Notes under the pieces: model-generated
Database searches by the model: none
What the model was told of the DNA's origin: nothing
What the model saw: only the letters and a program-made list of their open reading frames with translations
Made by a program: the position numbers and the translations under genes
Part shown: in pieces, positions 21,701 through 32,415 of the stretch
Position numbering within the stretch: position 1 is the stretch's first letter
How the letters are laid out: each line of letters opens with the position of its first letter
Origin: a virus
Strand: one strand, 5' to 3'
IMG/VR virus record: IMGVR_UViG_3300032007_000018
Span: 8,445 to 72,444 of that record
DNA length: 64,000 bases

Positions 21701-22747
21701 CGAATCATTGATAATCGTCCATATAGAGGAATTAAAGATTTTTATAAAAGAATCAAGCCAACTAAGCAAGCAATGGTCTCTCTTATAAAGGCTGGCGCCT
21801 TTGATGATATGATGGAGAGAAAAATTGCGATGGCATGGTATATCTGGGAAACTTGCGATAAAAAATCAAGATTGACTTTGCAGAATTTCCCAACGTTAGT
21901 AAAACAAGATATGGTTCCGAAGGATACGCCAGAAAGAGAGGCCGCGTATTCAATATATGAATTTAATCGGTATCTTAAAGCCATATGTAAAACTAAAGAG
22001 TATCCTAATGATTATCGCCTTGATCCTCGCGCAATTGAATTTCTTTATAAGATGGGATTTGAAAATCTGATAGTAGATGATAATCTTTTGGATATGAAGA
22101 AATGGGATAAGAAGTACCAAGGATTCATGGACGTATTCAGAGAGTGGCTGCGCGCAGACGGCGATGAGATTCTAAATGAACTTAATACGAGAATTTTCAA
22201 AGCCGACTGGGACAAGTATGCAGGCGACGCAAATTATTCTGCATGGGAAATGGAAGTTCTTTGTTTCTATAAGCATGAACACGAACTCGCGCATGTTGAT
22301 ATGAAGAAATATGGTTTGAGTAATTTCAGCGAGTTGCCAGAAGATCCAGAAGTAGAGAGAACATTCTACAAGGCAAATAAAGCAATCAATATATTCAAAC
22401 TGAGCCGTATTGCAGGAACCTGTATAGCAAAAAATAAAGTAAAGAGCGTAGTTACAATTCTAACAACTGATGGCGTTGTTAATGTCAAGTTCAGAAAAGA
22501 ATATTTCGCATTGTTCGATAAGAGAATTTCTGAGCGTGGCGAAGATGGTGTAAAGCACGTCGTTGAAAAGAGTTGGTTTGATAGGGGAAGTATGATTATG
22601 GTACAGGGTATCCGGTCTGGTGATACATTCATCACAAAGAAGTATGCATCAACAGTTGGGCATCAATTGTATCATATTATTGAAGTAACTCCAAGTGGAG
22701 ATTTGATTCTTCAGAACGAAAGATATAAAGGGGAGGGTGGAGAATGA
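18737..22747 (+). CDS. dnaE: DNA polymerase III alpha subunit (DnaE-type, N-terminal PHP domain), 1336 aa, with no in-frame TAG.
   Basis: N-terminal PHP motifs (HNHT...ITDHE) and length. An uninterrupted 4-kb ORF with RBS AAGCGGAGG. Confidence 0.75.
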   Translation: MKSYFGVHNHTAVGSNIRLIDSINKPADLIDKAIELGLSGIAITDHECLSAHVEAEKHMAEIKEAHPDFKLAFGNEIYLVDERKPGQKYYHFILIAKDALGHRALRELSSRAWMNSYVDRRMERVPTTKEELKEIVNKFKGHLIATTACIGGELPTLALTYTKARMVNDNNNAMYYYKEIDKFLNYCLELFGEDFYIECAPGTAPDQVAANKACRKISDFYGIKMVVGTDAHYLDKDARAVHKAYLNSKEGDREVDAFYEYTYLMDYDEVTNLLGFTFDGDMDYAYQVADNTLAIQEKIQMYSLFHKQDIPSVEVQNYPKSAWWGVNNDYANEMEKYPTLKKLFTSDDIQDRYWVNQCWDKLNEIGHGWDNYNETGDDRYLVELEEEARVKSVISEKLETNMFRYPNTLQHYIDLIWDCGSMVGAGRGSSCAALNHYLMGITQLDPIEWELPFFRYLNDERVELGDIDIDICPSKCGLVLQKIAAERSQMFNDDVPEWAKKLFGCTRISTFGTEGTKSAVLTACRGYRSEDYPDGIDVDEAQYMASLIPQERGFLWPIKDVIEGNEEKNRKPVASFIREINNYPGLLDIVKGIEGLVSKRSSHASGIVLFDGDPFEHSAFMKTPKGEIITQYNLHDAEYMGLTKYDFLVTEVQDKIVQTIQFLQEDGEIEKDLSLREVYNKYLHPSVLPIKTDTKMWDALGDVSVINTFQFDSAEGSKAAKQLKPRTILEMADANGLIRLMGEEGQERPIDKYYRYKNDISLWYEEMDNFGLTKAEQKTLEPYFKPSYGVPPSQEQLMKMLMDPNICGFTLGEANNARKIVGKKQMKKIPALREQVLKQAKSPRLGQYIWRFGAGPQMGYSFSVIHALAYSFVGAQTLYLGTHWNPIYWDTACLVVNSGSLEDAVDEDGEALYDEEIEEEATDDKKKKATSTDYGKVAKALNDIINAGINVSLVNINGSDFGFKPDVKNNRILFGMKALLNVNDDLVKRIIDNRPYRGIKDFYKRIKPTKQAMVSLIKAGAFDDMMERKIAMAWYIWETCDKKSRLTLQNFPTLVKQDMVPKDTPEREAAYSIYEFNRYLKAICKTKEYPNDYRLDPRAIEFLYKMGFENLIVDDNLLDMKKWDKKYQGFMDVFREWLRADGDEILNELNTRIFKADWDKYAGDANYSAWEMEVLCFYKHEHELAHVDMKKYGLSNFSELPEDPEVERTFYKANKAINIFKLSRIAGTCIAKNKVKSVVTILTTDGVVNVKFRKEYFALFDKRISERGEDGVKHVVEKSWFDRGSMIMVQGIRSGDTFITKKYASTVGHQLYHIIEVTPSGDLILQNERYKGEGGE

Positions 22748-23184
22748 CCGTTGAAGAATGCGTAAAGAAATATCATTACAAGCCACTCCCAAGTGAGATT
22801 TCAGCCAAGTAGAGATTACTCTACTTGGTGAATCTCCCCGCGTTTTATGAGGTAGATGGGAATTTAAATTGTAATATCTATGATAATTTATATAACTTAA
22901 TTGCTCATGGATATTCCCGTGTGGTAATTGGTGATTATGGCGCCTATGTAGAAATACCATTAGAGAAAATGATATTAGACGACATTATCATAAAACCAGG
23001 ACAAGAATATCGTTTTCAGCCAGAATATAAAAATGTAAAATATCATTGGTATTGTTTAAAAAATAACCCAGATATTAAAATCTACTACCAAAAACATCCA
23101 GTAGATTATGCGGATTATAAACCGGAAATGTTTTATATCTCTCCATATGAATTACGTATAGTAGGAGGTAAGATCAATGAATGA
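22744..23184 (+). CDS. Hypothetical protein (146 aa, 1 TAG).
   Basis: ATG 22744 (RBS GGGGAGGG) is in-frame with track ORF 22825..23184. Confidence 0.5.
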
Positions 23185-23401
23185 TATGGTTAATCATCCT
23201 GCTCATTATACAGCCGGTGGTATTGAGTGTATTGATGCACTCGCAGCCGCCACTGTAGATTTGACCGGGATTGAAGCGGTATGCACCGCGAACGCAATTA
23301 AATATTTATGGCGCTGGAAACTAAAGAATGGTGCAGAAGATTTAAAAAAGGCTTAGTGGTATATCAATTATCTAATTGAACATCTGGACAAAGATGATTA
23401 A
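23177..23401 (+). CDS. DUF3310-like small phage protein (74 aa, 1 TAG).
   Basis: NHPAHYTAGGIECID...NAIKYLWRWKLK pattern; RBS GGAGG. Confidence 0.5.
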
Positions 23402-23475
23402 AAATTCAATCTGAAACTCTAAATATATTGATAAACCTGTAGGAAAAAATACAAGATTTAGTATGGAGGATTGAA

Positions 23476-25713
23476 ATGATTAAAGTAGTAAAAAGAGATG
23501 GAACAGAAGTTCCATTTGATAAACAAAAAATTATAAACGCAATCAATGCGGCTTTCATTGAGGTTGATGGGCAACTTTATGAAGATGATACTGCAAAAGA
23601 TATTGCAAATGAAATTGCCTAGAAATGTAATGATACAGGAGTAACCGTAGAAGATATTTAGGATGCGGTTGAGCAATATTTAATGCGTTCTGAGCGACCA
23701 GATGTTGCTCGCGCATATATTCGCTATCGTTATAAAAAAGAAGTTGCCAGAGATGTCAAAAGCGATTTCTTTGATGCTATTGGAGAAAAACTCGAAGCGA
23801 GAAATGTTCAAAATCAAAATGCAAATGTTGATGAACGCTCTTTTGGAGGTCGTATTGGCGAAGCATCTTCTTATATGACTAAACAATATGCGTTAGATAA
23901 TCTAATATCAAAAATGGCAAGAGAGAATCATGAAGGTAATATGATTTATATTCATGACCTTGATGCATATGCAGTTGGTTCTCATAATTGTCTAAGCATT
24001 CCTTTTGATGATTTACTTGCAAATGGATTTAATACTCGTCAAACAGACGTGCGGCCGGCCGGTTCAGTGAACACCGCGTTCCAGCTCGTAGCAGTGATTT
24101 TTCAGTTGCAAAGTCTGCAACAGTTTGGTGGAGTAAGTGCTACCCATCTTGATTGGACAATGGTACCATATGTGCGCAAGTCTTTTCATAAACATTTTAG
24201 AGATGGAATTGTTTGGGTTGAACACAGAATTCTTGACTGTACACCACCTGATGGGGTAGAAATTACTGATTTAGCTATTGATGGGGAATTTTATAAAGAT
24301 CTTAAATGCCCGAATGCTTATGATTATGCTATGGTAATGACGGAAAGAGAAGTCCATCAAGCGGTTGAGGGAATGTATCATAACCTTAATACCCTTCAAT
24401 CCAGAAGCGGCAATCAACTTCCATTTACCTCAATCAATTACGGTACTTGCACTCTTCCAGAAGGAAGAATGGTAACTGAAGCATTACTCAATGTTTCTAT
24501 TGAAGGACTTGGAAAATTACATAAAACATCTATATTTCCGTGTGGAATTTTCCAGTTGATGAAAGGAGTTAATCGTAAGCCAGGAGATCCAAACTATGAT
24601 CTCTATCAATTAGCTCTTGAATCAACTGCTAAAAGACTTTATCCAAACTATGCAAATGTGGACTGGTCTGGAAATGCTGGATACGATAAAAACGACCCAC
24701 GGACTTACTTTAGTACCATGGGATGCCGCACTGCGAATGGCTGGGATATTAACGGATTCGGACAACTCAAAGATGGACGTGGAAACATTTGTCCTGTAAC
24801 TATTATCCTACCAACTCTTGCGATGATGGCAAAAAAGGGTGCAGAAAGTGTAAATGATCCATATATAACTGAAAAAGATTTAATTGATTGCTTTATGGAT
24901 ATCCTTGATGATAAAATCCATGAAGCAAAAGATATGTTAATTGAACGCTTTGAATGGATTTGCTCACAAGATCCATCAAGTGCAAAATTTATGTATGAAA
25001 ATCATACAATGCTTGGCTATCATCCAGAAGAAGGAATTAAGAGCGCTCTTAAGCATGGAACTATTGTTATTGGTCAACTGGGCCTCGCAGAATGCCTTCA
25101 AATCCTAATTAAAACTGACCATACTACTCCAGAAGGAATGAAATTAGCCAAGAGGATTGAGCAATTATTTAAAGACCGTTGCGCCGAGTTTAAAGAAGAA
25201 TATAAATTAAACTTTGGTGTATATTATACGCCTGCTGAAAATCTTTGCTATACTGCGTTAAAGAATTTCAGAAAGAAGTATGGTGTTATTCCAAATGTAA
25301 GTGATAAAGAGTTCTTTACAAATAGTATGCACGTTCCCGTCTGGCATCAACTCAGTCCATTTGAAAAGATTGATATTGAGAGCCAGTTAACCGGATATTC
25401 AAGTGCTGGTTGTATTACTTATGTAGAACTTGATGCCTCTGCAGTCCATAATACAGAAGCATTAGAGCAGATTGTAAATTACGCTATGGATCACGATATT
25501 CCATATTTCGCTATCAATGTACCGAGTGATACTTGCCTTGATTGCGGATTCCAGGGTGAGATAAATGATTCCTGTCCTGCTTGCGGCGGACGCAATATTT
25601 AGCAACTTCGTCGTGTCACCGGCTATCTGACCGGAAACTATACTACCGCTTTTAATCTTGGAAAACAAGATGAAGTTCATCATAGAACTAAGCACGTTGG
25701 AGTGATGGAGTAA
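23476..25713 (+). CDS. nrdD: Anaerobic ribonucleoside-triphosphate reductase NrdD, with an N-terminal ATP-cone and C-terminal glycyl-radical motif. 3 in-frame TAGs, including the apparent stop of the track ORF at 25602.
   Basis: ATP-cone MIKVVKRDGTEVPFD. The track ORF 23683..25602 is extended in-frame through TAG to RVTGYLTGNY...(glycyl radical) and TAA 25713. The Cys-rich C-terminus CLDCG..CPACGG is present. Confidence 0.8.
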
Positions 25714-26204
25714 TGCGTTACGCAGGAATTATTAAGAATGATATTGCCGCAGGTAAAGGTATAAATCTCACATTTTTTACACAGGGTTGTCCATTCCACT
25801 GTCACGGATGTCACAACCCTGGCACCTGGGACTTTGATGGTGGTAAAGAATTTACGACTGATACATTAAAAGAACTTGTAGATAGTATGGATAAGAATGG
25901 TATTCCGAGAAATCTGAGTATCATGGGTGGCGAACCACTTTGTCCGGAAAATCTATTTTTAACACAATTAGTAATTACCACTATATTGGAAAAGTTCCCA
26001 AAAACAAAAGTATATGTTTGGACTGGATATACTTATGAAGAACTTGTTGAAAGACATGAACAGAAACTCGATTGGGTTTTAGATAATATTGATTATCTTA
26101 TCGATGGGCCTTTCATCCTCGCAGAACGCGATATAACGCTGGAAATGAGGGGCAGCCGCAATCAGAGAATTTTGAATATGAGGGAATTAAGAAACAATGA
26201 ATGA
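25713..26204 (+). CDS. nrdG: Anaerobic RNR activating protein NrdG (radical SAM).
   Basis: CPFHCHGC cluster; positioned immediately after nrdD. Confidence 0.8.
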   Translation: MRYAGIIKNDIAAGKGINLTFFTQGCPFHCHGCHNPGTWDFDGGKEFTTDTLKELVDSMDKNGIPRNLSIMGGEPLCPENLFLTQLVITTILEKFPKTKVYVWTGYTYEELVERHEQKLDWVLDNIDYLIDGPFILAERDITLEMRGSRNQRILNMRELRNNE

Positions 26205-26712
26205 ATTTAATTTTATTGGAACAGTAAAAACATTAGGAGATCTTGATAGTCAAGTTGCTAATCCTGGTGATTTTATAGTTTGTTTAGAAGATCAAAAAAC
26301 TTATTAGTATAACGGAAAAGATTGGCGCTCTATTGAAATTGATGGCGGACTTAATATGTCACTATATGATATTAACAAGGGTGCTTTTGGTTCTATGAAA
26401 CCATATACAAAAGAAAAGCTTGATCAGTTACAAACTAAAATAAATGATTGGGAAACCGGCAGCGATTATTTTATGTTACTATGCAATGACATTCGATATT
26501 ATACCGTTCTGCGCAATACGCAACATAAGAAAGCTGACTTCTCAACTCTTGGTGAAGCTGTTGTTGAACTTCTTCTGGAAAGAAATTATACAATTCATTT
26601 TGATGATATTGCTTCAGATTATTTTGAAATATGGGTAAAGGATTGTGAGAATGGAGAAGTTTATATGTTCGCGCTATTTCCTTACGATTGGGGGGTAATT
26701 AACTATGGCTAA
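26197..26712 (+). CDS. Hypothetical protein (171 aa, 1 TAG).
   Basis: ATG overlaps the nrdG stop and is in-frame with track ORF 26356..26712. Confidence 0.45.
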
Positions 26713-26986
26713 ATTAGTTATTGGTGTTAGTATGTTTTCTATGAGTCAAAATATTTATAGAGTAGATGGAGATAAAATAGAAACTCTAGCAGCAACAGAT
26801 TTAGAGCAGATCCCTGAAGCTGTAAACGCTTTAATGGGCAAGTTTGAAGATATTGATGAAATTGAACTTGATGGCCCAAATAAATATATTGAAAAATATG
26901 GTTATGATATTTTATTAGAATTAGAAAAAAATTATGCTGAAAGAAATGTGAGGGTAAAATTAAATGGCACGTTATTTAATCAATGA
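26705..26986 (+). CDS. Hypothetical protein (93 aa).
   Basis: ORF track. Confidence 0.45.
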   Translation: MAKLVIGVSMFSMSQNIYRVDGDKIETLAATDLEQIPEAVNALMGKFEDIDEIELDGPNKYIEKYGYDILLELEKNYAERNVRVKLNGTLFNQ

Positions 26987-27212
26987 TGTAACTACATATA
27001 GAGTTGGAACTGTTGAGGAAGTAGAAGAGCTGCATCAAGAACTGCTCAATGATAATACTTTTGAACTTACAGCTTTTAGTTATACAACGAAGTATATCAA
27101 AGTAAAAGGTGAAATCGCAGAAGAGTATCAGGTAGTAAAGGCTAAGAAAGTATTTAATAATGAAAAGGAGCCTGATACTGACGTAGAAGTTAAGTATGAG
27201 GTGAATTTCTGA
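26964..27212 (+). CDS. Hypothetical protein (82 aa).
   Basis: ORF track. Confidence 0.45.
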   Translation: MARYLINDVTTYRVGTVEEVEELHQELLNDNTFELTAFSYTTKYIKVKGEIAEEYQVVKAKKVFNNEKEPDTDVEVKYEVNF

Positions 27213-27802
27213 TGACAATGGATACCACTTTAATATATCCACGATTTGAACTGGTAAGTGATTTTGCTGACTAGCCAGAGTTGCTACCTGTACGAAGCAC
27301 AAAATTTAGTGCTGGTTATGACTTTGTCGTGGCACAAGATACAATTGTTCCTGCGGCCGGAAATCAAATGGATTTGATTAATTCCTATATCCACTCTGAG
27401 AAAATTTCGGGTCGCATGGAATATAATCAACCATCACTTTTTACACTGGACGAAGTAGCCAAGATTACCAAGAGCGCTAAAGCGAAAGTTACTCTCGTTC
27501 CAACTGGAGTTAAGGCTTATATGCCAGAAGGAATGTTCCTACAAATCTCCGTACGCTCTTCTTGCCCACTAAAGCATTGGCTTATTTTAGGCAACGGCGT
27601 CGGAATTATTGATGCCGATTATTATAACAATCCGGATAATGAAGGACATATCTTCTTCCAGATTATCAATCTATTCCCACATGATATTCTTCTCCACAAG
27701 GGAGACAAAATCGGATAGGGTATCTTCCTGCCTTACTTTACAACATATGGAGATAACGTCGAAACCGAGCGCGAAGGCGGTTTTGGCTCAACAAGCAAAT
27801 GA
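27212..27802 (+). CDS. dut: dUTP pyrophosphatase (trimeric dUTPase), 2 in-frame TAGs.
   Basis: Motifs RSS, GVGIIDADY, GDKIG(Q)GIF (TAG at the conserved Gln of the R-I-A-Q motif) and C-terminal GGFGSTSK. In-frame with track ORF 27281..27718. Confidence 0.75.
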
Positions 27803-28284
27803 GAATACTTGCTCTAGATTAGGCCAGTCGCGTCTCAGGCTGGGCGATCTTCGATGAAGATAATCTTGAGCAGTATGGAAAGATTGATGTAAGTAAATAT
27901 TATGAACTTGGCGAGAGACTCCACGTAATACGCCAAGAGGTAGAACATCTAATAGATGATGAGCATATTGATGCAGTTGTGCTTGAAGATATCTATATGG
28001 ATGGTTAGAGAGTAAATAATGTATAGACTTTTAAAGCTCTCGCAGAAGTCTTTGGTGTTCTATATGAATTATGTGTAGATATGGAAAAACCGGTTGAAGC
28101 TGTCCTAGCTGGAACCTGGAAATCTACACTCGGAATTAAAGGCAAAACGAGACCCGATCAAAAAAGAAACGCACAAGAATGGGTAGTTCAAAATTACGGA
28201 GTAAAACCAACCCAGGATGAATGTGATGCCATCTGCATTGGCGCTCATAAAGTGCGCTCAATGGTAAATGATTGGGGAGAATAA
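27799..28284 (+). CDS. RuvC-like Holliday junction resolvase, 3 in-frame TAGs.
   Basis: MRILALD(Q)ASRVSGWAI...DECDAICIGA. ATGA overlap with dut; in-frame with track ORF 28081..28284. Confidence 0.65.
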
Positions 28285-28296
28285 GGAGGCAATAAG

Positions 28297-28770
28297 ATGG
28301 CAATTTTAATTGGTAGCAAAATACTTGCTAGCGATATAGTTAATGGTCTTGGTAAAGTATAGACAGGTTCTTATACTGGAACAGGAGCTAGTGGTTCTAG
28401 TAGAAAAAATTCTATTACTTTTAATTTTACTCCAAAATTCGTATTGTTTTTTGGCGGAGGTCACTATGCCTCAAGTATCTGGGGGGATGTTGGGTATACC
28501 GGTGCTAATACTGGTTTTTCTTTTTGGATAAATACCGATCCAAACGTTATTTTTTTAGGTCCAGAATTAGATTTTAGTGATTAGCAAACCATTTATACTT
28601 CAGATTATACTAAAGCCTCTTTATCTGGAAATACATTATATTTTTGGACAGAGACAGGATCAGCGCAATCACCGGGGGCATATACCTAGAGCGGAAGCTA
28701 TGTACAAAATGCTTCTGGTCTACAATTAAACGTCTATAACCTTAAATATAGATGGGTAGCTTTTGGTTAA
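28297..28770 (+). CDS. Hypothetical beta-rich protein (157 aa, 3 TAGs).
   Basis: ATG with RBS TAAGGAGG; frame open to TAA apart from TAGs. Confidence 0.45.
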
Positions 28771-28783
28771 GGAGATAAAAAAT

Positions 28784-29185
28784 ATGGAACTTAAAGAACT
28801 ATTAACTACAATTACACAAACTGTAATTATTCCTCTTTTAATTGCTTTAGTTGGCTATGCCGTTAAATGGCTTAACGCAAAAGCTAATGAGATTAAGACA
28901 AAAACAAAAGATGAAACTACAAAAAAATACATTTCGATGCTTAATGATACAATTGTATCTGCGGTAATTGCTGTAAATCAGACGTATGTAGATGCACTTA
29001 AAGAAAAAAATGCTTTTGATATTGAAGCATAGAAAGAAGCATTTAATAGGGTATATGAAACTATTATCGCAACAATGACAGAGGAATCTGACAGATATTT
29101 AAGTGAAGCTATTGGCGATTTAGATGAATATATTAAAACAAAAATTGAAGAAGCGGTAAAAGAACATAAACTCGTAAAATAGTAA
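28784..29185 (+). CDS. Small membrane protein (1 TM; holin-like candidate) that reads through TAG 29030 to TAA 29185.
   Basis: RBS AAGGAGAT. TM segment LLTTITQTVIIPLLIALVGYAV. Confidence 0.45.
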
Positions 29186-29193
29186 AAAAAATA

Positions 29194-29231
29194 AGGGCGA
29201 CAGTCTTAATTGACTGTCGCCCTTATTTTTT
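29194..29231. terminator. Bidirectional rho-independent terminator (agggcgacagtc/gactgtcgccct, flanked by an A-run and a T-run).
   Basis: It sits between the convergent genes 28784..29185 (+) and 29232..29696 (-). Confidence 0.7.
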
Positions 29232-29696
29232 TTATAATTGTTTATTAAACTTTTCAACTACACTCGCGTGTAAGGCATCTCCTCTATGGTTGCCACCAAG
29301 TCCTTTATAAGCAGCATAATCTTCCTCAAACTGCGCGTATTCTTGAATGGTGATAACATGGTCTGGCTTTAATAGTTCTTCACACATATCTCTAAACTAT
29401 TTACCTTGGATAGATAAAATCCCAGTATTTAAATTTTCAATAGCAACAAAAATTGAACTTATCTCTTTATTAATCCTATCGTCTTCTTCTCGCAGCATTG
29501 CTACTTCGTCTTCTCGTTCTTGAATCAATCTATCCATAACTTCACTTTTAGCCTTCTCTTCGCGTTCTTTCCATTTCTCTTCAAAAGCGGCTTTTTGTAA
29601 TTTTACATAATGCTTAGCAAATAATGCAATTCCACCAGCTATAAGCATGCAAAGCCAATTAACCCAATACTTTGCAATCCATTCTAAAACTTCCAT
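29232..29696 (-). CDS. Membrane-anchored coiled-coil protein (i-spanin-like candidate), 154 aa, TAG at 29397.
   Basis: Track ORF 29397..29696 continues in-frame through TAG to TAA at 29232. N-terminal TM plus EEKWKEREEKAKSE coiled coil. Confidence 0.45.
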
Positions 29697-29788
29697 TGTA
29701 TCAAACTCCTCCTTTTATTTTGCTGTGGAAATTTATCAACCCTTTCAAAATATTTAAGTATTATGATACTACATTTAGTAAGTTCTGC

Positions 29789-29813
29789 CCGTTGGGAAAA
29801 ATTTCCGGAAATT
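29789..29813. promoter_or_regulatory. 25-bp palindromic motif GGGAAAAATTTCCGGAAATTTTTGG, copy 1 of 2 in the divergent intergenic region.
   Basis: The core AAAAATTTCCGGAAATTTTT is a perfect 20-bp palindrome. Related copies are at 29867..29891 and 10781..10805. Confidence 0.5.
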
Positions 29814-29866
29814 TTTGGGCGAAGAAGGAAAATGAATTAAAACTAAATCTCATATACTATTGCGGA

Positions 29867-29891
29867 AAGGGAAAAATTTCCGTGAATTTTT
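29867..29891. promoter_or_regulatory. Palindromic motif copy 2 (GGGAAAAATTTCCGTGAATTTTTGG), ending 20 nt before the ATG at 29911.
   Basis: See 29789. Confidence 0.5.
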
Positions 29892-29910
29892 GGTAAAAGG
29901 AGGTTTAGCA

Positions 29911-30309
29911 ATGCCATATCAACCACAGAACTATTATTATCAGCCCCCAACAACTCAGCCTCGTTAGCCTTTATTTGGGTTAAAAGGACGTCCAGTGACT
30001 GGGTTAGAAGAGGTAAGGGCTGCCGCAGTTGATTTTGATGGAACAGTTTCATTCTTTCCAGATTTGGCCAATGGAAAGATTTATACAAAGCAATGCAATG
30101 TAGATGGAACTGCATCGCTTAACATGTATGAAATTAAAGAAATCCCTGCGACTCCAGAAGCAAATCCAAATGTTTATGTAACCCGAAAAGAATTTAACTC
30201 CGTAATGGAAAACCTAAAACAGATATTGGCGCATGCTAATCTTGTGGAGGAAAAAAGTCCTGATCAAACTAAATCCGAACAAACTTCTACTCCTGAATTC
30301 AATTTTTAA
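29911..30309 (+). CDS. Hypothetical protein with a Q/P/Y-rich N-terminus (132 aa, 1 TAG).
   Basis: RBS AAAAGGAGG; in-frame with track ORF 29995..30309. Confidence 0.5.
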
Positions 30310-30328
30310 GGAAAGAGAGGTTTCTTAA

Positions 30329-30568
30329 ATGACGAATCCAATTATGCAGTTTATGCAAATGGTTAGAAGCGGCGGAAATCCAGAAGCAATGATGATGAAT
30401 ATGCTCCAATAGAAAGTAGGAAATAGCCCAGTGGGACAAAACCTATTAAAAATGGCGCAAAATAACGATGGAAAGGGGATTGAAAAAGTCGCTCGTAACT
30501 TGTGTGCGCAAAGAGGCCTCGACTTCGACAAAGAATTCGCTGCTTTTAAGCAGCAACTAGGATTATGA
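30329..30568 (+). CDS. Hypothetical M/Q-rich small protein (79 aa, 2 TAGs).
   Basis: ATG 30329 is open to TGA if TAG is sense. Confidence 0.45.
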
Positions 30569-30582
30569 AGGAGGAAAACTCA

Positions 30583-31380
30583 ATGTTTAACACAAGTGAA
30601 GGTTATAGTTTATCTGATATCGCTGCTGCTACAGGTAATCGTGGCGGCCTGTTCGGCGATGGTGCTGGTTTTGGCGGATGGTGGATCATTCTACTCTTCC
30701 TGTTTGCTTTTGGCGGCTGGGGCAATGGCTTCGGCGGAGGCTGGGGCAACAATGGCATAACCGCGGATGTTGGCTACAATTTTGATATGCATGATGTATC
30801 TTCTGGTATTAGAGATCTTGCTTCTAGCACAGCAAATGGTTTTTATAATCTTAATACCGGTTTACTGAATGGCTTCTCCGGTACTCAGGCTCAGATTTGT
30901 AATACCGGCTTTGATACCATTCAGGCTATTAATGGTCAGACCATTAGCGCACTTCAGAGCGCAAATGCACTTCAGGCTCAGCTTGCTGCACACAGCGCCG
31001 ATGAACAACTCTGCTGCTGCCAGACTCAAGGCAAGATTGATTCCAATTTCGCAACTCTTAACTATAATCTTGCCACAGAAGCTTGCGCAGATCGCGCTGC
31101 GGTTACTACTGGCGTCCGTGATGTTATTGATAATCAGAACGCTAATACTCGTCAGATTCTTGACTTCTTAGTTCAGGATCGTATTACTGCTCTTACTACT
31201 GAAAATGCGGCTCTTAAAGGCCAGATTTCTCAAAGCGAGCAGAATGCTTATCTCATTAATGCTTTACGTCCAGCCGCAGAACCCGCATATCTTGTAGCAA
31301 ATCCATACACCGGCACAATCGGCACCTATGGATATAATGCTATGTATGGCGGACCAGTTTGCAACGGATACATGGGTTAA
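30583..31380 (+). CDS. Gly/Trp-rich membrane protein followed by a Q/A/N-rich region and a Cys cluster (CCC). GC3-biased codon usage.
   Basis: GGWWIILLFLFAFGGWGNGFGGGWGNNG; RBS AGGAGG before ATG 30583 (track ORF 30565..31380). Confidence 0.5.
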   Translation: MFNTSEGYSLSDIAAATGNRGGLFGDGAGFGGWWIILLFLFAFGGWGNGFGGGWGNNGITADVGYNFDMHDVSSGIRDLASSTANGFYNLNTGLLNGFSGTQAQICNTGFDTIQAINGQTISALQSANALQAQLAAHSADEQLCCCQTQGKIDSNFATLNYNLATEACADRAAVTTGVRDVIDNQNANTRQILDFLVQDRITALTTENAALKGQISQSEQNAYLINALRPAAEPAYLVANPYTGTIGTYGYNAMYGGPVCNGYMG

Positions 31381-31399
31381 TTAAGGAGGTAAACGAATA

Positions 31400-31821
31400 A
31401 TGGAAATAACTGCTAATGCGGCTCAGATAGTAGCCGTTAATCAGCCTGTTCTTTTTACCGAGACTGCTATTCCCGGTAATTGCTCTATGATTCATAGAGA
31501 GGGCAGTGGGTTAGTTGGCTTGCGCGGACTTCCTAATGGACAGTGTCGCGCAAGATTCCTCGTTGAATTCGGTGCTAATATTGCGGTGCCTACTGATGAA
31601 ACAGTAGGCCCCGTAAGTCTCGCCATCGCAATCAACGGAGAACCAGTCGCTACTTCATAGATGATTTCAACTCCTGCTGCCGTTGAAGAATTTAATAACG
31701 TAGGAGCAAGTCTTTACATTGACGTTCCTATTGGTTGTTGCAGTCAGATCAGTGTTGAAAATACTGGAACTATTCCTGTAAGCGTTCAAAATGCTAATTT
31801 CATTATTGAGAGGGTGGCGTG
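31400..31821 (+). CDS. Hypothetical beta-rich protein (140 aa) that reads through TAG 31658.
   Basis: RBS AAGGAGG. Track ORF 31400..31660 extends in-frame to TGA. Confidence 0.5.
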
Positions 31822-32415
31822 ATGGATCAGCTAAAAACAATTAAAGAACAATTAGTTATGTAGGTCCAAGGCCAAATGGGTGATTTACGCTGCGTAGATA
31901 CCGAAGAACTTGGCGACGTAATTGATATGATTAAAGATCTTGCAGAAGCAATGTATTACTGTTCTGTAGCAGAAGCAATGGAAGATGCTAAAGAAGGTGA
32001 AGAAAAACGCCAAACTTATTATTATATGGAGAAATATTTACCTTATTATCCATATAATGGTAGAGAGGGTGATTATCACGACGGTAGAATGTATTATAAT
32101 GGTGGTTCTTCTTCTGGTTCTGGTGGTAGCAGTCAAGGAGGGTCTCAAATGAGCGGTGGCAGTAGCAACTACTACGAAGAAACTTATCCTATGATGCACG
32201 ATGAGCGTGAAGGTAAAGCTGGATAGAAGCGTAAGATGTATATGGAATCTAAAGCTATGAATCACGATTAGCCAAAAAAGATTCAAGAATTAGATGAATA
32301 TATGAAAGAATTAACCAGCGATATTACAGAAATGATATCTGGAGCTTCCCCAGAAGAGAAAGCACTATTGCAGCGCAAGATGAACACTTTAGTAACTAAG
32401 TTACAAAATGTTTAA
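31822..32415 (+). CDS. Tyr/Gly/Ser-rich low-complexity protein (197 aa, 3 TAGs).
   Basis: YYYMEKYLPYYPYNGREGDYHDGRMYYNGGSSSGSGGSS... In-frame with track ORF 31876..32226. Confidence 0.45.
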
